Below are positions 27,643-38,151 of a DNA stretch of 64,000 nt, piece by piece. Location of the stretch: NCBI GenBank assembly GCA_030456445.1, contig JAKDNM010000003.1:4981-68980 (forward strand), read 5' to 3'. The translations under genes were made by a program, and so were the position numbers. Below the pieces are notes generated by a model. That model saw only the letters and a program-made list of their open reading frames with translations. It made no database searches and was not told the origin of the DNA. Source of the stretch: Hyphomicrobiales bacterium. Its GTDB lineage: Bacteria > Pseudomonadota > Alphaproteobacteria > Rhizobiales > Rhizobiaceae. How positions within the stretch are numbered: the stretch's first letter is position 1; each line of letters begins with the position of its first letter.

Positions 27643-28533
27643 ATGCCGCAGGTGGGATTTATCGGCGTCGGAAGTATCGGCTACTGGATGGCCAATCGCC
27701 TCCAGGAGGCGGGCAATGCCCTTGTCGTCCACGACATCGACGTGGACAGGGCGCGCCGGCTCCTCAATTCCGAAGGGCAGCTTGTCTCCAGCGCGAAGGC
27801 TGTGGCCGACAGCGTGGAAATCGTCTTCCTCAGCCTGCCCACGCCGGGCGCCCTGAAGGAAGTCGTGTCCGGCCCCGAGGGGCTTGCGGCCGCCGTCGGC
27901 GCCAAACTGATCGTAGACCTGTCGACGGTAGGACCGGCAGCCGCCGCGGAAGCCGCCGCCATGCTGGCAAGTCGCGGCGTGGATTATCTCGACGCGCCGG
28001 TGAGCGGCGGCGTTCCCGGCGCGAAAAAGGGGACGGTTGCCGTCATGGCGGCCGGAACGGACGCCGCGTACGAGGCGGCGTTGCCTTTTCTCGAGACGAT
28101 AGGGCGGCCGATCCGCGTGGGCGACGCGCCGGGGAGAGGCCAGGCGCTCAAGCTCCTGAACAACTATCTTTCCGCCACAGCCATGGCTGCCACGGCCGAG
28201 GCCATGGTGGCGGGTGTACGGGCCGGCCTCGATCCGGCCGTGATGCTGGAAGTGTTCAACGCAAGCAGCGGCCGCAACACCGCGACCAGCGACAAGTTTC
28301 CGCGCTCCGTTCTCGATCGCAGTTTCGACTACGGCTTCCGCACCGCGCTGTTCCACAAGGATGTGCACCTCTGCAAGACCTTCGCCGACGGGTTCCAGGC
28401 GCCCTTTCCAGTGATGGAGGCGGTGGACCGCGTCTGGGAGCATGCGGCGGCGGAACTGGGGGACGAGGATTTCACACGCATCGTCGAGTTGCTCGAACGG
28501 CCGCTCGACGTGGTCGTCGGCTCGGCCCGATAG
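27643..28533 (+). CDS. 3-hydroxyisobutyrate dehydrogenase family NAD(P)-dependent oxidoreductase
   Basis: VGFIGVGSIG, YLDAPVSGG, KLLNN, FHKD. Confidence 0.9.
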   Translation: MPQVGFIGVGSIGYWMANRLQEAGNALVVHDIDVDRARRLLNSEGQLVSSAKAVADSVEIVFLSLPTPGALKEVVSGPEGLAAAVGAKLIVDLSTVGPAAAAEAAAMLASRGVDYLDAPVSGGVPGAKKGTVAVMAAGTDAAYEAALPFLETIGRPIRVGDAPGRGQALKLLNNYLSATAMAATAEAMVAGVRAGLDPAVMLEVFNASSGRNTATSDKFPRSVLDRSFDYGFRTALFHKDVHLCKTFADGFQAPFPVMEAVDRVWEHAAAELGDEDFTRIVELLERPLDVVVGSAR

Positions 28534-28552
28534 AGAGCAGGCAGGAACGGCA

Positions 28553-31500
28553 ATGCCCATGACAGGGACCCGTTACAGGATCGGCGTCGACACGGGCGGT
28601 ACCTTCACCGACCTCATTGCGATTGGCGACGATGGAAGGCTGCTGCGCAGGAAATCCCTGTCCACCCCAAAGGACTTCTCGGCCGGAATCGTAGAGACCA
28701 TATCGGCTCTGCTCGACGAGAACGGCATTGCCGGCGCTGAAATCGAGACCGTCGTGCACGGTACGACGGTTGCGACCAATGCCCTGCTCGAGGCGAGCGG
28801 CCCTCAGGTCGGACTGCTGACGACCAAGGGGTTTGCCGACGTTCTCGAGATCGGCCGCGGACGCTGGGGCGACGATGTTCACGACCTGAACTGGATCAAG
28901 CCCACGCCGCTTGTGGCGCGCCAGCACCGCCTCGAACTCGACGAGCGTATCGATGCGAAGGGCGCGGTGCTGAAGTCGGTCGACCCGGACGAGATACGCG
29001 CTGCGCTGAAGATGCTGCGGCAGGCAGGCATCCAGACCGTCGCGGTTTGCCTCATTAATTCCTATGCGAATCCGGAGCACGAAAAAATCGTCAGCGAGGT
29101 CGCGCGCCGCGAATTTCCCGGCATGACGGTTTGCGCCTCCACGGAGGTGCTCGGCGATATCCGCGAATTCGAACGAACCAGCACGGCGGTCGTCAACGCC
29201 TACCTCATCCCGGTCGTGGAAGACTATCTTCTGCGTCTGCAGAAGAAGCTGGCCGAGCTCGGCTATGGCGGGCCGGTCATGGTGATGCAATCGAATGGCG
29301 GCGTCACCTCGGCTTCCGTCGCCCGGCGTCAGCCGGTCAACATCGTCGAATCCGGGCCGGCTGCGGGCGTGCTGGCCTGTTGTTATCTCTCTGCACAGAC
29401 CGGTGAAAAGAACCTGATCGCCTTCGATATGGGCGGAACGACGGCCAAGGCCTCTCTGATCGAGAATGGCCAACCCTTCGAGGCGGCGGAATACCATGTC
29501 GGCGGCGGCATGAACTTTTCCGGCGGCTCGGGCGGCGGCCAGGTCATACGCGTGCCTTCCATCGAAATCGCCGAAGTGGGCGCGGGCGGCGGCAGCATCG
29601 CGAGCCTCGATGCTGGCGGAGCGCTTCGCGTCGGCCCCCGTAGTGCCGGGGCATTGCCCGGACCGGCTTGCTATGGCCTTGGCGGAAACGAGCCGACCGT
29701 GACCGACGCTTTCGCCGTCCTCGGCTATCTCAACCCTTCCGCGATTGCCGGCGGGGCCAGGCGGATCGATCTCGACCTGGCGAGGACGGCGATCGGCAAC
29801 CGGATCGCCGATCCCGCGGGACTCAGCCTCGAGGACGCGGCATACGGCATTTATTCCGTCGCCACCTCGACAATGATACGCGCTGTGCGTGCCGTCACGG
29901 TCGAGCGCGGCCGTGACGCGCGGGACTACACGCTCGTCGCCTTTGGCGGGGCAGGTCCGTTGCATGCGGCCGAGCTGGCGCGCGCCATGGGTCTGGCACG
30001 CGTGCTGGTGCCCAGTTCACCCGGTCTCTTCAGCGCGCTTGGCCTTTTGATGGCCGATGTCCAGCGCAGCTATATGCGAACCGTCGTTCGTATGGTTGCC
30101 GATATCGGAGCCGCCGAGGCCGCCGCGCTATCGGCCGTTTGGGACGCGCTCGAGGCGGAGGCACGCACCGATCTGCGCAAGGAAGGCTTCTCCGACGACG
30201 CAATCGAACTCGAGCGCAGCGTCGCCATGCAGTTTCTCGGACAGTCGGACGAATTGGTCGTGCCGGCGCCCTCGGGTGTGCTCGACGCAGCCGGGTTTGC
30301 GCAACTCGCCGACGCCTTTTCGCAACAGCATCTCCAGACCTACGGCTACAGCGAAGACATGGCGCGCGCGCAGATCATGGGGCTCAGGATCAAGAGCCGC
30401 GGCGTAAGGCCAAAGGGCTCCTACGCCGAGATCGGACGCCAGTCCAGCCGCGTGACCGGTGGCCAGGCTTCCCGCCGCGCCTATTTCGGGCCGGCCTTTG
30501 GTTGGCATGACGCGCCGATCCGCGATCGGGCATCCATATCGGGCCAGGGCATGCAGGGTCCGGCGATCATCGAAGAACTCGACACGACCATCGTCGTGCC
30601 CCCGGATTGCCGCGCATCCGTCGACGATCATGGCAATCTCGTGGTGTCGATCGGCGAAGCCGCCGAGATCGTCATTGCCGACGATGGAGCGGAGGCGATC
30701 AATCCAATGACGTTGGAGCTTGTGAAGAACCGGTTGAGCTCCGTCACCGACGAGATGGCGGTCACGCTGGCTCGAACGGCACGCTCGCTCATCATGAAGG
30801 ATTCGCACGATTTCTCGGTGGCGCTCTGCAATGCGCGTGGCGAACTCGTCACGGGCGGTGTCGGCATCGCGGTCCATCTCGGCGCGATCCCCAACGCCAT
30901 GCAGGCGGTCATGGACCTCTTCGGCGACGATTTCGAAGAAGGCGATATCGTCTTCACCAACGACCCCTATTCGGGCGGCATGCATCTGCCGGATATTTTC
31001 GTCTTCAAGCCGATCTTTTCATTGGGGGAACTCATCGGCTTTGCCGCTGCGGTCGCACACATGGCCGACATTGGCGGGAGGGTGCCCGGGGGGAACGCCG
31101 CGGATTCCACCGAGATATTCCAGGAAGGCATCCGCATTCCGCCGATGAAGCTCTATTCCGCGGGCGTCCTCGACAGGCGCTGGCTCGACCTGCTGCGCGC
31201 GAATGTCCGCCAGCCCGATATGGTGCTGGGCGACCTGCACGCGGAGATCGCCTCTTGCAACACGGCCGAGAGGGAACTGAAGGCGATCTCGGCACGCTAC
31301 GGCAACGCCAATCTCGGCCGCTATATGGACGAGCTTATCGCCTATGGCGAACGCATGTCGCGCGCCGCGCTCAAGGGCATCGCCAAGGGCCGCTACACCT
31401 TCACGGATCATCTCGATGATGACGGATCCGGCGGTGAACCGGTGCGGATCCAAGTGGCCATCGAGATTGATGACGACCGCATCAACGTCGATTTCACAGG

Positions 31501-32458
31501 CTCCTCTCCGCAGGTGCGCAGCGCGATAAACGCGCCGCTGTCGATCGCCAAATCGTCGGTCGCTTTCGTGGTCAAGGCGGTGATCGGGGCGGAGATACCC
31601 AACAATGCCGGTTTCCTGCGGCTCCTGAACGTGACGGCGCCCGAGGGTACGGTTGTCAATATGGCCTTCCCCGCGGCCTGTGCGGCGAGGGCCGTGACCG
31701 CTTATCGCATGACCGATGCGCTGTTTGGCGCCCTTGCCGATATCCTGCCCGAAAAAGTGCCCGCGGCCGGTGATGGCGGACCGGCAGTGATCAGCGTCGG
31801 CGGCGAGGATGCGGATGGAACGGGCTTCGTCTTCATGGAGCTCATATCGGGTGCATTCGGCGCCAGACCGTCCGCGGACGGCCTGGAAGGCGTTGCTTCG
31901 CCAATCGTGAACGCGAAAAACACGAGCTGCGAACTGATCGAGGCGAATTTTCCCCTGCGGGTGGAGCATTACGGCTTCGTGCCGGACACGGGCGGCGCGG
32001 GATGCTTTCGCGGCGGCAACGCCGTGCGGCGTGACGTCCGATTCCTTGGCAAGCGCGCCGTTCTGCAAATCCGTTCCGACCGTTCGAGAGTGTCTCCATG
32101 GGGATTGCGTGGCGGCGAAGGGGGATCGACTTCGCATAACACGCTGTACGACCGCGCCGGAAAGGCATCGCCCATGCCCTCCAAGATCGTGCGGGATATT
32201 CACGAAGGCGACATGTGGAGCCATGTCACGGCAGCCGGAGGCGGTTGGGGCGAGCCGCATACCCGCAGCCACCGCCTGATCGAGGCCGAAATCCTTTCAG
32301 GCAAGCTGACCGAAGCGGGTGCGCGACGGAAATACGGCTACGAACCACAGTGCGACGAGCAGCAGCCTTTGGCTGCACGGCAAGCCAAGGGCAGCAAAAC
32401 CCGGCGGCTGGAAGGCGACGATCGCAACATCGTCCCTCCAACGGATCTGGAGACCTGA
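28553..32458 (+). CDS. Single-chain hydantoinase/5-oxoprolinase (A+B domains fused), ATP-dependent lactamase-like
   Basis: GVDTGGTFTD, HGTTVATNALL, DMGGTTAK, FGGAGPLH (A); NDPYSGGMHLPD, AHMADIGG, AGGGWG (B); ~1300 aa. Confidence 0.92.
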   Translation: MPMTGTRYRIGVDTGGTFTDLIAIGDDGRLLRRKSLSTPKDFSAGIVETISALLDENGIAGAEIETVVHGTTVATNALLEASGPQVGLLTTKGFADVLEIGRGRWGDDVHDLNWIKPTPLVARQHRLELDERIDAKGAVLKSVDPDEIRAALKMLRQAGIQTVAVCLINSYANPEHEKIVSEVARREFPGMTVCASTEVLGDIREFERTSTAVVNAYLIPVVEDYLLRLQKKLAELGYGGPVMVMQSNGGVTSASVARRQPVNIVESGPAAGVLACCYLSAQTGEKNLIAFDMGGTTAKASLIENGQPFEAAEYHVGGGMNFSGGSGGGQVIRVPSIEIAEVGAGGGSIASLDAGGALRVGPRSAGALPGPACYGLGGNEPTVTDAFAVLGYLNPSAIAGGARRIDLDLARTAIGNRIADPAGLSLEDAAYGIYSVATSTMIRAVRAVTVERGRDARDYTLVAFGGAGPLHAAELARAMGLARVLVPSSPGLFSALGLLMADVQRSYMRTVVRMVADIGAAEAAALSAVWDALEAEARTDLRKEGFSDDAIELERSVAMQFLGQSDELVVPAPSGVLDAAGFAQLADAFSQQHLQTYGYSEDMARAQIMGLRIKSRGVRPKGSYAEIGRQSSRVTGGQASRRAYFGPAFGWHDAPIRDRASISGQGMQGPAIIEELDTTIVVPPDCRASVDDHGNLVVSIGEAAEIVIADDGAEAINPMTLELVKNRLSSVTDEMAVTLARTARSLIMKDSHDFSVALCNARGELVTGGVGIAVHLGAIPNAMQAVMDLFGDDFEEGDIVFTNDPYSGGMHLPDIFVFKPIFSLGELIGFAAAVAHMADIGGRVPGGNAADSTEIFQEGIRIPPMKLYSAGVLDRRWLDLLRANVRQPDMVLGDLHAEIASCNTAERELKAISARYGNANLGRYMDELIAYGERMSRAALKGIAKGRYTFTDHLDDDGSGGEPVRIQVAIEIDDDRINVDFTGSSPQVRSAINAPLSIAKSSVAFVVKAVIGAEIPNNAGFLRLLNVTAPEGTVVNMAFPAACAARAVTAYRMTDALFGALADILPEKVPAAGDGGPAVISVGGEDADGTGFVFMELISGAFGARPSADGLEGVASPIVNAKNTSCELIEANFPLRVEHYGFVPDTGGAGCFRGGNAVRRDVRFLGKRAVLQIRSDRSRVSPWGLRGGEGGSTSHNTLYDRAGKASPMPSKIVRDIHEGDMWSHVTAAGGGWGEPHTRSHRLIEAEILSGKLTEAGARRKYGYEPQCDEQQPLAARQAKGSKTRRLEGDDRNIVPPTDLET

Positions 32459-32461
32459 GAA

Positions 32462-33403
32462 TTGGGCCCGACGGTCGAACATCTCCTTCAAACCCTGTCG
32501 ACCGGCATCCTTGTAGGGTGCCTTTACGGCCTGCTATGCGTTGGCCTTGCCTTCATCTTCGGCATCATGCGTGTCATCAACTTCGCTCAAGGCGATTTCA
32601 TGATGCTGGGCATGTATATCGCCGTAGGAGTGACACTGTCGTTCCTCGGGTTTCTTGGCGCATCCGCACCTTTCGTCGCTGCCCTCATCGCCGGCATCGT
32701 GATGTTCCTGCTGGGATATCTGCTTCACCTGCTGCTCATTTCGCGCACCACGGGCATGCGCATGAGCACAGAACTCGACAGTCACCAGTCACAACTGATC
32801 CTTACGCTCGGCGTCGCCCTCTTCCTTCAGAACGGAATGTTGTTCCTCGTCGGATCGGCTCCGCTCGCGCAGATCAGCAGCCTGTCCTATTCCGCCTGGC
32901 AGATTCCGCTGCTCTATGACGACGTCAGCGCGGTCTTCATCAACAAGGCCCGTTTCCTGGACGCGCTCGCCGCCGTTCTCATTTCGGTCTGCCTGTTCGC
33001 GCTCATGCGCTATACGCGCATGGGCAAGTCGCTGCGGGCGGCCGCGGAAGACCCGGAAGCCGCCCTCTATATGGGCATCGACGTCGACAAGGCGCATCGG
33101 ATCGCATTCGGCCTCGGGGCCGCGATTGCCGGCATCGCGGGCGGTCTTATCGTCCTTTATTATCCGGCTCAGCCCTATGTCGGTCTCGATTTCATCATCA
33201 TAATGTATGCCGGAGTGGTCCTCGGCGGGATGGGAAGCGTCGAGGGCGCGTTCTGGGGTGGCATGACAATCGGCCTGGTGCAGCAGCTTGCCACCCTGGT
33301 CATACCGTTACAGTTGCAGAACGCGGCCATCTTCGTCGTCTTCGTCCTGATCCTGCTCGTGCGCCCCAACGGCCTGTTCGGCCGAAGCGTGGAGCGTGCC
33401 TGA
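32462..33403 (+). CDS. Branched-chain amino acid-type ABC permease (LivH-like)
   Basis: GIMRVINFAQGDF, TRMGKSLRA, VVLGGMGS; TTG start. Confidence 0.9.
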   Translation: MGPTVEHLLQTLSTGILVGCLYGLLCVGLAFIFGIMRVINFAQGDFMMLGMYIAVGVTLSFLGFLGASAPFVAALIAGIVMFLLGYLLHLLLISRTTGMRMSTELDSHQSQLILTLGVALFLQNGMLFLVGSAPLAQISSLSYSAWQIPLLYDDVSAVFINKARFLDALAAVLISVCLFALMRYTRMGKSLRAAAEDPEAALYMGIDVDKAHRIAFGLGAAIAGIAGGLIVLYYPAQPYVGLDFIIIMYAGVVLGGMGSVEGAFWGGMTIGLVQQLATLVIPLQLQNAAIFVVFVLILLVRPNGLFGRSVERA

Positions 33404-35181
33404 TGGAAAAGAAGCGCGCTGCCCTTTACCGTTCGCTGCTGATCATATTCGCGCTCGTTGCGCTGTGCCTGCTGCTGAGTTTCGCTACCAACAACAACTA
33501 TTACCGCCTGATGCTGGCCGTCATCCCGATCTGGGCGGTCCTGGGGATCTCCTGGAACGTGTTTTCGGGATATAGCGGCCTGATCTCATTCGGCCATGCG
33601 GCATTCTTCGGCGTCGGCGCCTACACGGTGACGCTCGGCCTGGTGAATTTCGGGCTTACGCCGTGGATTGGCGTACCACTCGGAGCGATCGTCGGCGCGC
33701 TTACGGCCGGCCTGATCGGCATCCCGACATTCAGGCTGCGCGGCGTCTATTTCGCGCTCGCAATGCTCGCCTATCCGTTATCGATGGTCTACGTCTTCGA
33801 TTGGCTAGGGTTGCAGGAAATCACTCTGCCGATGATGCGGGAGAATGGTCCCGCCTACATGCAGTTTACCGACAATCGCTGGTATCAGGTCGTCTCCCTC
33901 TCGCTGTTCATCGTCGCGATCCTGACATGCCTCTTCATCGAGCGCTCCCGCTTCGGCCGCAGTCTTCTGGCGATCAAGCAGAACGAACTGGCGGCGGAGG
34001 CCTGCGGTGTCGACACGTTCAAGTGGAAACTCTACGCAATCCTGATAAGCGGTGCGATGGCCGGTGCTGCCGGCGGTCTGTTCGCGGTGATCCAACTCGT
34101 GGTCACGCCCGCATCCGTCTTCGGGCTCGTCATCTCCGCCCAGGCGATGATACTGACCTTGTTCGGGGGGGCCGGGATCATCTGGGGGCCGGTGATCGGC
34201 GCGGCGGTCCTGCTTCCCTTGTCGGAAACGCTGCATGCCGAACTCGGCCATCTTGTCCCCGGCATTACGGGAATGGTCTACGGCGCGGCGATCATCCTCG
34301 TCATGGTGCTCGCCCCGGAAGGCATCTACTGGCGGATCAACGATTTACTGAAGCGGCGAAAGGTCTCCGAAACCGGCGACGCGCCCGCTCCCGTTGCGGT
34401 GTCGTCGCGTGCGCCGGCTATGCACGAAACGCGCCGCGCGCGTTCCGGTGAAGTTCTTCTGGGCGTCGACAACATCTCGAAATTCTACGGCGGACTCGGT
34501 GCGGTCAAGGAGGTCGGCTTCGAGATCCATACCGGTGAGATCGTCGGCGTCATCGGCCCCAACGGTGCCGGAAAAACGACGCTGTTCAATATCCTGAACG
34601 GGCTCATTCAGCCGAGCAGCGGCAGGGTTGTATTCAATGGAATCGACATCACGTCGCTCAAGCCGAACCGGCGCTGCGCTGCGGGGATCGGGCGGACGTT
34701 CCAGGTCGTCAGGTCATTTCCGCGCATGACGGTCGAGGAAAATGTTCTCATTGGCGCCTATGTCCGCGCAGAGAATGAAGGCGATGCGTGGCGCCGCGCC
34801 GCGGAGGCTTTAGGCACGGTCGGGCTGACAGGTCGGGCGCACGCCCTCGCCGGATCCATAAGCACCAAGGAATTGAGGTTGATGGAACTCGCCCGCGCGC
34901 TGGCGGGGGATCCCCGATTGCTTCTGCTCGACGAGCCGCTTGCAGGCCTTGGCGCAGACGAGGCGAGCGAACTGACCGACATATTGAAGCGGCTTGCGAG
35001 CGGCGGCCTGACGATCGCCATCATCGAGCACACGATGCAGGCAATGGTCGATCTTGCCGACCGGATGATCGTGCTCGACCACGGGGTCCTCCTGACCGAA
35101 GGCGCACCCGAGCAGGTCACGCGCGACCCTCATGTCATAGAGGCATATCTCGGCCGCAAATGGGCTGCCAAACATGCTTAA
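33403..35181 (+). CDS. Liv-type ABC permease-ATPase fusion (LivM-LivG-like)
   Basis: GYSGLISFGHAAFFG permease, then GPNGAGKTT Walker A and LLLLDEP Walker B. Confidence 0.9.
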   Translation: MEKKRAALYRSLLIIFALVALCLLLSFATNNNYYRLMLAVIPIWAVLGISWNVFSGYSGLISFGHAAFFGVGAYTVTLGLVNFGLTPWIGVPLGAIVGALTAGLIGIPTFRLRGVYFALAMLAYPLSMVYVFDWLGLQEITLPMMRENGPAYMQFTDNRWYQVVSLSLFIVAILTCLFIERSRFGRSLLAIKQNELAAEACGVDTFKWKLYAILISGAMAGAAGGLFAVIQLVVTPASVFGLVISAQAMILTLFGGAGIIWGPVIGAAVLLPLSETLHAELGHLVPGITGMVYGAAIILVMVLAPEGIYWRINDLLKRRKVSETGDAPAPVAVSSRAPAMHETRRARSGEVLLGVDNISKFYGGLGAVKEVGFEIHTGEIVGVIGPNGAGKTTLFNILNGLIQPSSGRVVFNGIDITSLKPNRRCAAGIGRTFQVVRSFPRMTVEENVLIGAYVRAENEGDAWRRAAEALGTVGLTGRAHALAGSISTKELRLMELARALAGDPRLLLLDEPLAGLGADEASELTDILKRLASGGLTIAIIEHTMQAMVDLADRMIVLDHGVLLTEGAPEQVTRDPHVIEAYLGRKWAAKHA

Positions 35182-35881
35182 GGTCGATCATCTCTCCGTC
35201 GCCTATGGCGGCCTGACGGCCCTGTCCGACATCTGCCTGGAAGTCCGGGCAGGCGAACTCGTCTCGGTGGTCGGTCCCAACGGTGCCGGGAAATCGACAC
35301 TGTTCAAAGCGATCTCCGGTGTTGTGCGGGCCGGCTCGGGTTCGGTCACTTTCGAGGGTGAAGACATCCTGCAGACGCGGCCGTTCCAACGGGCGCATGC
35401 CGGCATCGCCCACGTCCCCGAGGGCCGGCATGTCTTCCCCGCCATGAGCGTGCAGGAAAACCTGGAGATGGGCGCCTATGCCCTTGCGGATGCAAGGAAG
35501 CGCGAGGAGCTCTTCGAGCGGATATTCGCACTGTTTCCGATCCTTGCCGAACGCCGCCGACAGTATGCCGGGACCCTTTCGGGCGGCGAACAGCAAATGC
35601 TCGCCATCGGACGCGGGCTGGCCTCGGCGCCGAAGCTGATGATGTTCGACGAGCCGTCCATGGGGCTGGCGCCCGCCGTCGCCGACACGATCTTCGAGCG
35701 CATCGCCCAACTCCACAAGGAGGACGGCATGACGATCCTGCTCGTGGAGCAGCGGGTCGCCGAGGCGATGGAGAATTGCGACCGCGGTTATGTCCTGCAG
35801 ACCGGTCGCATCGTGATGAGCGGGACTTATGAGGAATTGTCGTCCGACGACAATGTTCGCCGAGCCTACCTCGGCATGTAA
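35174..35881 (+). CDS. Liv-type ABC ATPase (LivF-like)
   Basis: GPNGAGKST, LSGGEQQM, MFDEPSMG. Confidence 0.92.
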   Translation: MLKVDHLSVAYGGLTALSDICLEVRAGELVSVVGPNGAGKSTLFKAISGVVRAGSGSVTFEGEDILQTRPFQRAHAGIAHVPEGRHVFPAMSVQENLEMGAYALADARKREELFERIFALFPILAERRRQYAGTLSGGEQQMLAIGRGLASAPKLMMFDEPSMGLAPAVADTIFERIAQLHKEDGMTILLVEQRVAEAMENCDRGYVLQTGRIVMSGTYEELSSDDNVRRAYLGM

Positions 35882-35898
35882 CCAAGGGAGGAATACGC

Positions 35899-37125
35899 AT
35901 GAACCGGAAAACAGGGTTGCTGGCAGCAGTCTTCGGCACCGCAATGCTCATCTCGATGGCGGGAGCGTCAGCTCAGGATGCCAAAGAGATCGAGATCGCG
36001 GCCGTCATGCCATTGAGCGGGCCGTGGGCGCGCCTCGGCGAAGAATCGAAAATTGGCGCCGAACTCGCAGTTAAGCAGATCAACGAGAATGGAGGCATCA
36101 AGGCGCTCGGCGGCGCCAAGCTGAAACTCGTCGTCGTCGACGGCGGCGATTCTCCCGACAAGTTCAAGAACGCCACGCAACGTCTCGTCTCCGAGCATCC
36201 GGATCTCGCCGGCGGCATGGGAGCCTACGTGTCCTCGTTCACGCTGGCCGTTACCGAGGTGACTGAGCGGGCCGGTATTCCGTGGCTGACGCTGTCCTAT
36301 TCGCCCAAAATTACGGATCGCGGCTTCAAGCACGTATTCGCGACTTCGCCGACCGCGGTCAAGCAGGCAGACGACGGCATGCCGGCCATCATCGATATGG
36401 CCAAGCAGGCGACCGGCAAGGCGCCGACGACAGTCGGCATCGTCATGGACAACACCCCTTCGCCGGTGGGCTTCACGAAGAACATGCATGGAGACGGTCT
36501 GAAGAAATACGGTCTCGACCTCGTGGTCGACGAGCAGTTCACGCCGCCGCTTTCCGATTGCGGACCGCTGATGCAGAAGGTACGCGCCGCTCGCCCGGAT
36601 TTTCTCCTCCTGCTTCTGACCGCCACGCCCGACATCAAGCTTTGCCTGGAGAAGCTGACCGAAATCGGCCTTCCGCGCACGCGGCTGCCGATCGTCAACA
36701 ATGGCGGCGTACTGGGTTCGCCAGACCTGCTTAAGGTGATGGGCAAGGACCTGCTCGAAGGATCGATCTTCATCACGGCCAACTGGGGCGCCAAGGGCCA
36801 GGAGGATTTCATCAAGAAATTCGAAGACGAGACCGGCGAGAAATGGGTCACGCAGGACAGCATCTCCAATTACGGACACGTGATGCTGCTGGCCGCCGCG
36901 ATGGAGATGGCCAAGTCGGCCGATCCGGAGAAGGTCAACGAGGCTCTGCATTCCATGGACATCTCCGATGGCGCCGCCACGTTTTTTCCGGGTGGCCATG
37001 TCAAGTTCGCGGAGAACGGTTTGCGCGAGGAGGCGCCTCTCGTGATCGTGCAATGGCAGAACGGTGTGCCCGTCACTGTCTGGCCCAAGGAATCAGCGCA
37101 GGCCGAGCCTGTCTGGCCGCAGTAA
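35899..37125 (+). CDS. Liv-type ABC substrate-binding protein
   Basis: Signal peptide, VMPLSG, INENGGIKALGG. Confidence 0.9.
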   Translation: MNRKTGLLAAVFGTAMLISMAGASAQDAKEIEIAAVMPLSGPWARLGEESKIGAELAVKQINENGGIKALGGAKLKLVVVDGGDSPDKFKNATQRLVSEHPDLAGGMGAYVSSFTLAVTEVTERAGIPWLTLSYSPKITDRGFKHVFATSPTAVKQADDGMPAIIDMAKQATGKAPTTVGIVMDNTPSPVGFTKNMHGDGLKKYGLDLVVDEQFTPPLSDCGPLMQKVRAARPDFLLLLLTATPDIKLCLEKLTEIGLPRTRLPIVNNGGVLGSPDLLKVMGKDLLEGSIFITANWGAKGQEDFIKKFEDETGEKWVTQDSISNYGHVMLLAAAMEMAKSADPEKVNEALHSMDISDGAATFFPGGHVKFAENGLREEAPLVIVQWQNGVPVTVWPKESAQAEPVWPQ

Positions 37126-37131
37126 GGATTG

Positions 37132-37168
37132 GACGGCAGGTGGTGGAACTCCTCCACCGCCTGCCGTC
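37132..37168 (+). terminator. Stem-loop after the ABC operon
   Basis: GACGGCAGGTGGTGGA/TCCACCGCCTGCCGTC 16-bp stem with one G-U pair, loop ACTCC. Confidence 0.55.
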
Positions 37169-37277
37169 ACAACCGGGAACATATGGATTGCGGCCGTGAA
37201 CAGCTTGATATCCCCGCCTTTTTTTGATCTTCACTCCCGGAATTGTTCCGAATTAGGCAAATGGTGCGAAACACCCC

Positions 37278-38072
37278 ATGTCCTCGCATGATCCCGTCAA
37301 GACTGCGGCACGCACGTTGGACCTCTTCGAGATCTTCGCGCGCGAAAGGCGACCTCTATCGCTTACCGAGATCGCGCACTACCTGAATTCGCCCGTATCG
37401 AGCTGCCATGCACTTGTGCGCACATTCCAACTCCGCGGCTATGTTTATGTGCTGGACGCACGAAAGCGTGTTTACCCTACGAAACGTCTCGCCACGATGG
37501 CAGAATCCATACTCAAGCATGATCCCGTGCTGGAGCGCGTCTCGCCGATGTTGCACGATCTGCGGGATCTGACCCGTGAAACAGTTCTGCTCGGCAAACG
37601 GCAATCGGATTGGGTCGTCTATCTTGATGTGGTCGAAGGTGGTCAAACGATCCGCTACATGGCCACGCCGGGAGATACGAAGCCTCTCCATTCGAGTGCA
37701 ATTGGCAAGTCGCTGCTTGGCAGCCTGGATTCCCCTGAACTGAACCGGCTGCTGGCGCGGCTGGATATGCCGCGGGTGACACCGCGCACGATTACCGAGC
37801 GCGAAGCACTGAGGGAAGCCATCGCTTCGGGTCGCCAGAAAGGTTATTTCGTCACGCGCGGCGAGAATGTGACCGATGTGATGGCCATAGCAGCCGCCCG
37901 GTCGATAGGCGGAGAATTTTACGGCCTTGCGCTTGCAGGGCCGATGGCCCGGATGGAAGCCAGGTTTGAGCAATGCGTCGATGCCCTGACAAGCGCTGCC
38001 CGCAGGTTGGAAGGGCTTGACAGCGCAGTCCGCGGTCTAACAGCGCGTTCCAGCGGGTCGATTCCGTTATGA
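37278..38072 (+). CDS. IclR family regulator 1
   Basis: N-terminal HTH RTLDLFEIF, PLHSSAIGK, TRGEN. Confidence 0.92.
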   Translation: MSSHDPVKTAARTLDLFEIFARERRPLSLTEIAHYLNSPVSSCHALVRTFQLRGYVYVLDARKRVYPTKRLATMAESILKHDPVLERVSPMLHDLRDLTRETVLLGKRQSDWVVYLDVVEGGQTIRYMATPGDTKPLHSSAIGKSLLGSLDSPELNRLLARLDMPRVTPRTITEREALREAIASGRQKGYFVTRGENVTDVMAIAAARSIGGEFYGLALAGPMARMEARFEQCVDALTSAARRLEGLDSAVRGLTARSSGSIPL

Positions 38073-38073
38073 T

Positions 38074-38092
38074 GCGTCAGCCCGTCTGACGC
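38074..38092 (+). terminator. Short stem-loop after iclR1
   Basis: GCGTCAG/CTGACGC stem with 5-nt loop. Confidence 0.35.
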
Positions 38093-38122
38093 CGCGGCGT
38101 CGACTCGGAAGAGCCTTAAGGC

Positions 38123-38151
38123 TTGACGCTAATGTTTCGATATGTGAGAAT
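38123..38151 (+). promoter_or_regulatory. Sigma70-like promoter of the mutase module with overlapping TTCGATATGTGA box
   Basis: TTGACG 38123-38128, 17-bp spacer, TG-n-GAGAAT 38143-38151. Confidence 0.5.
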
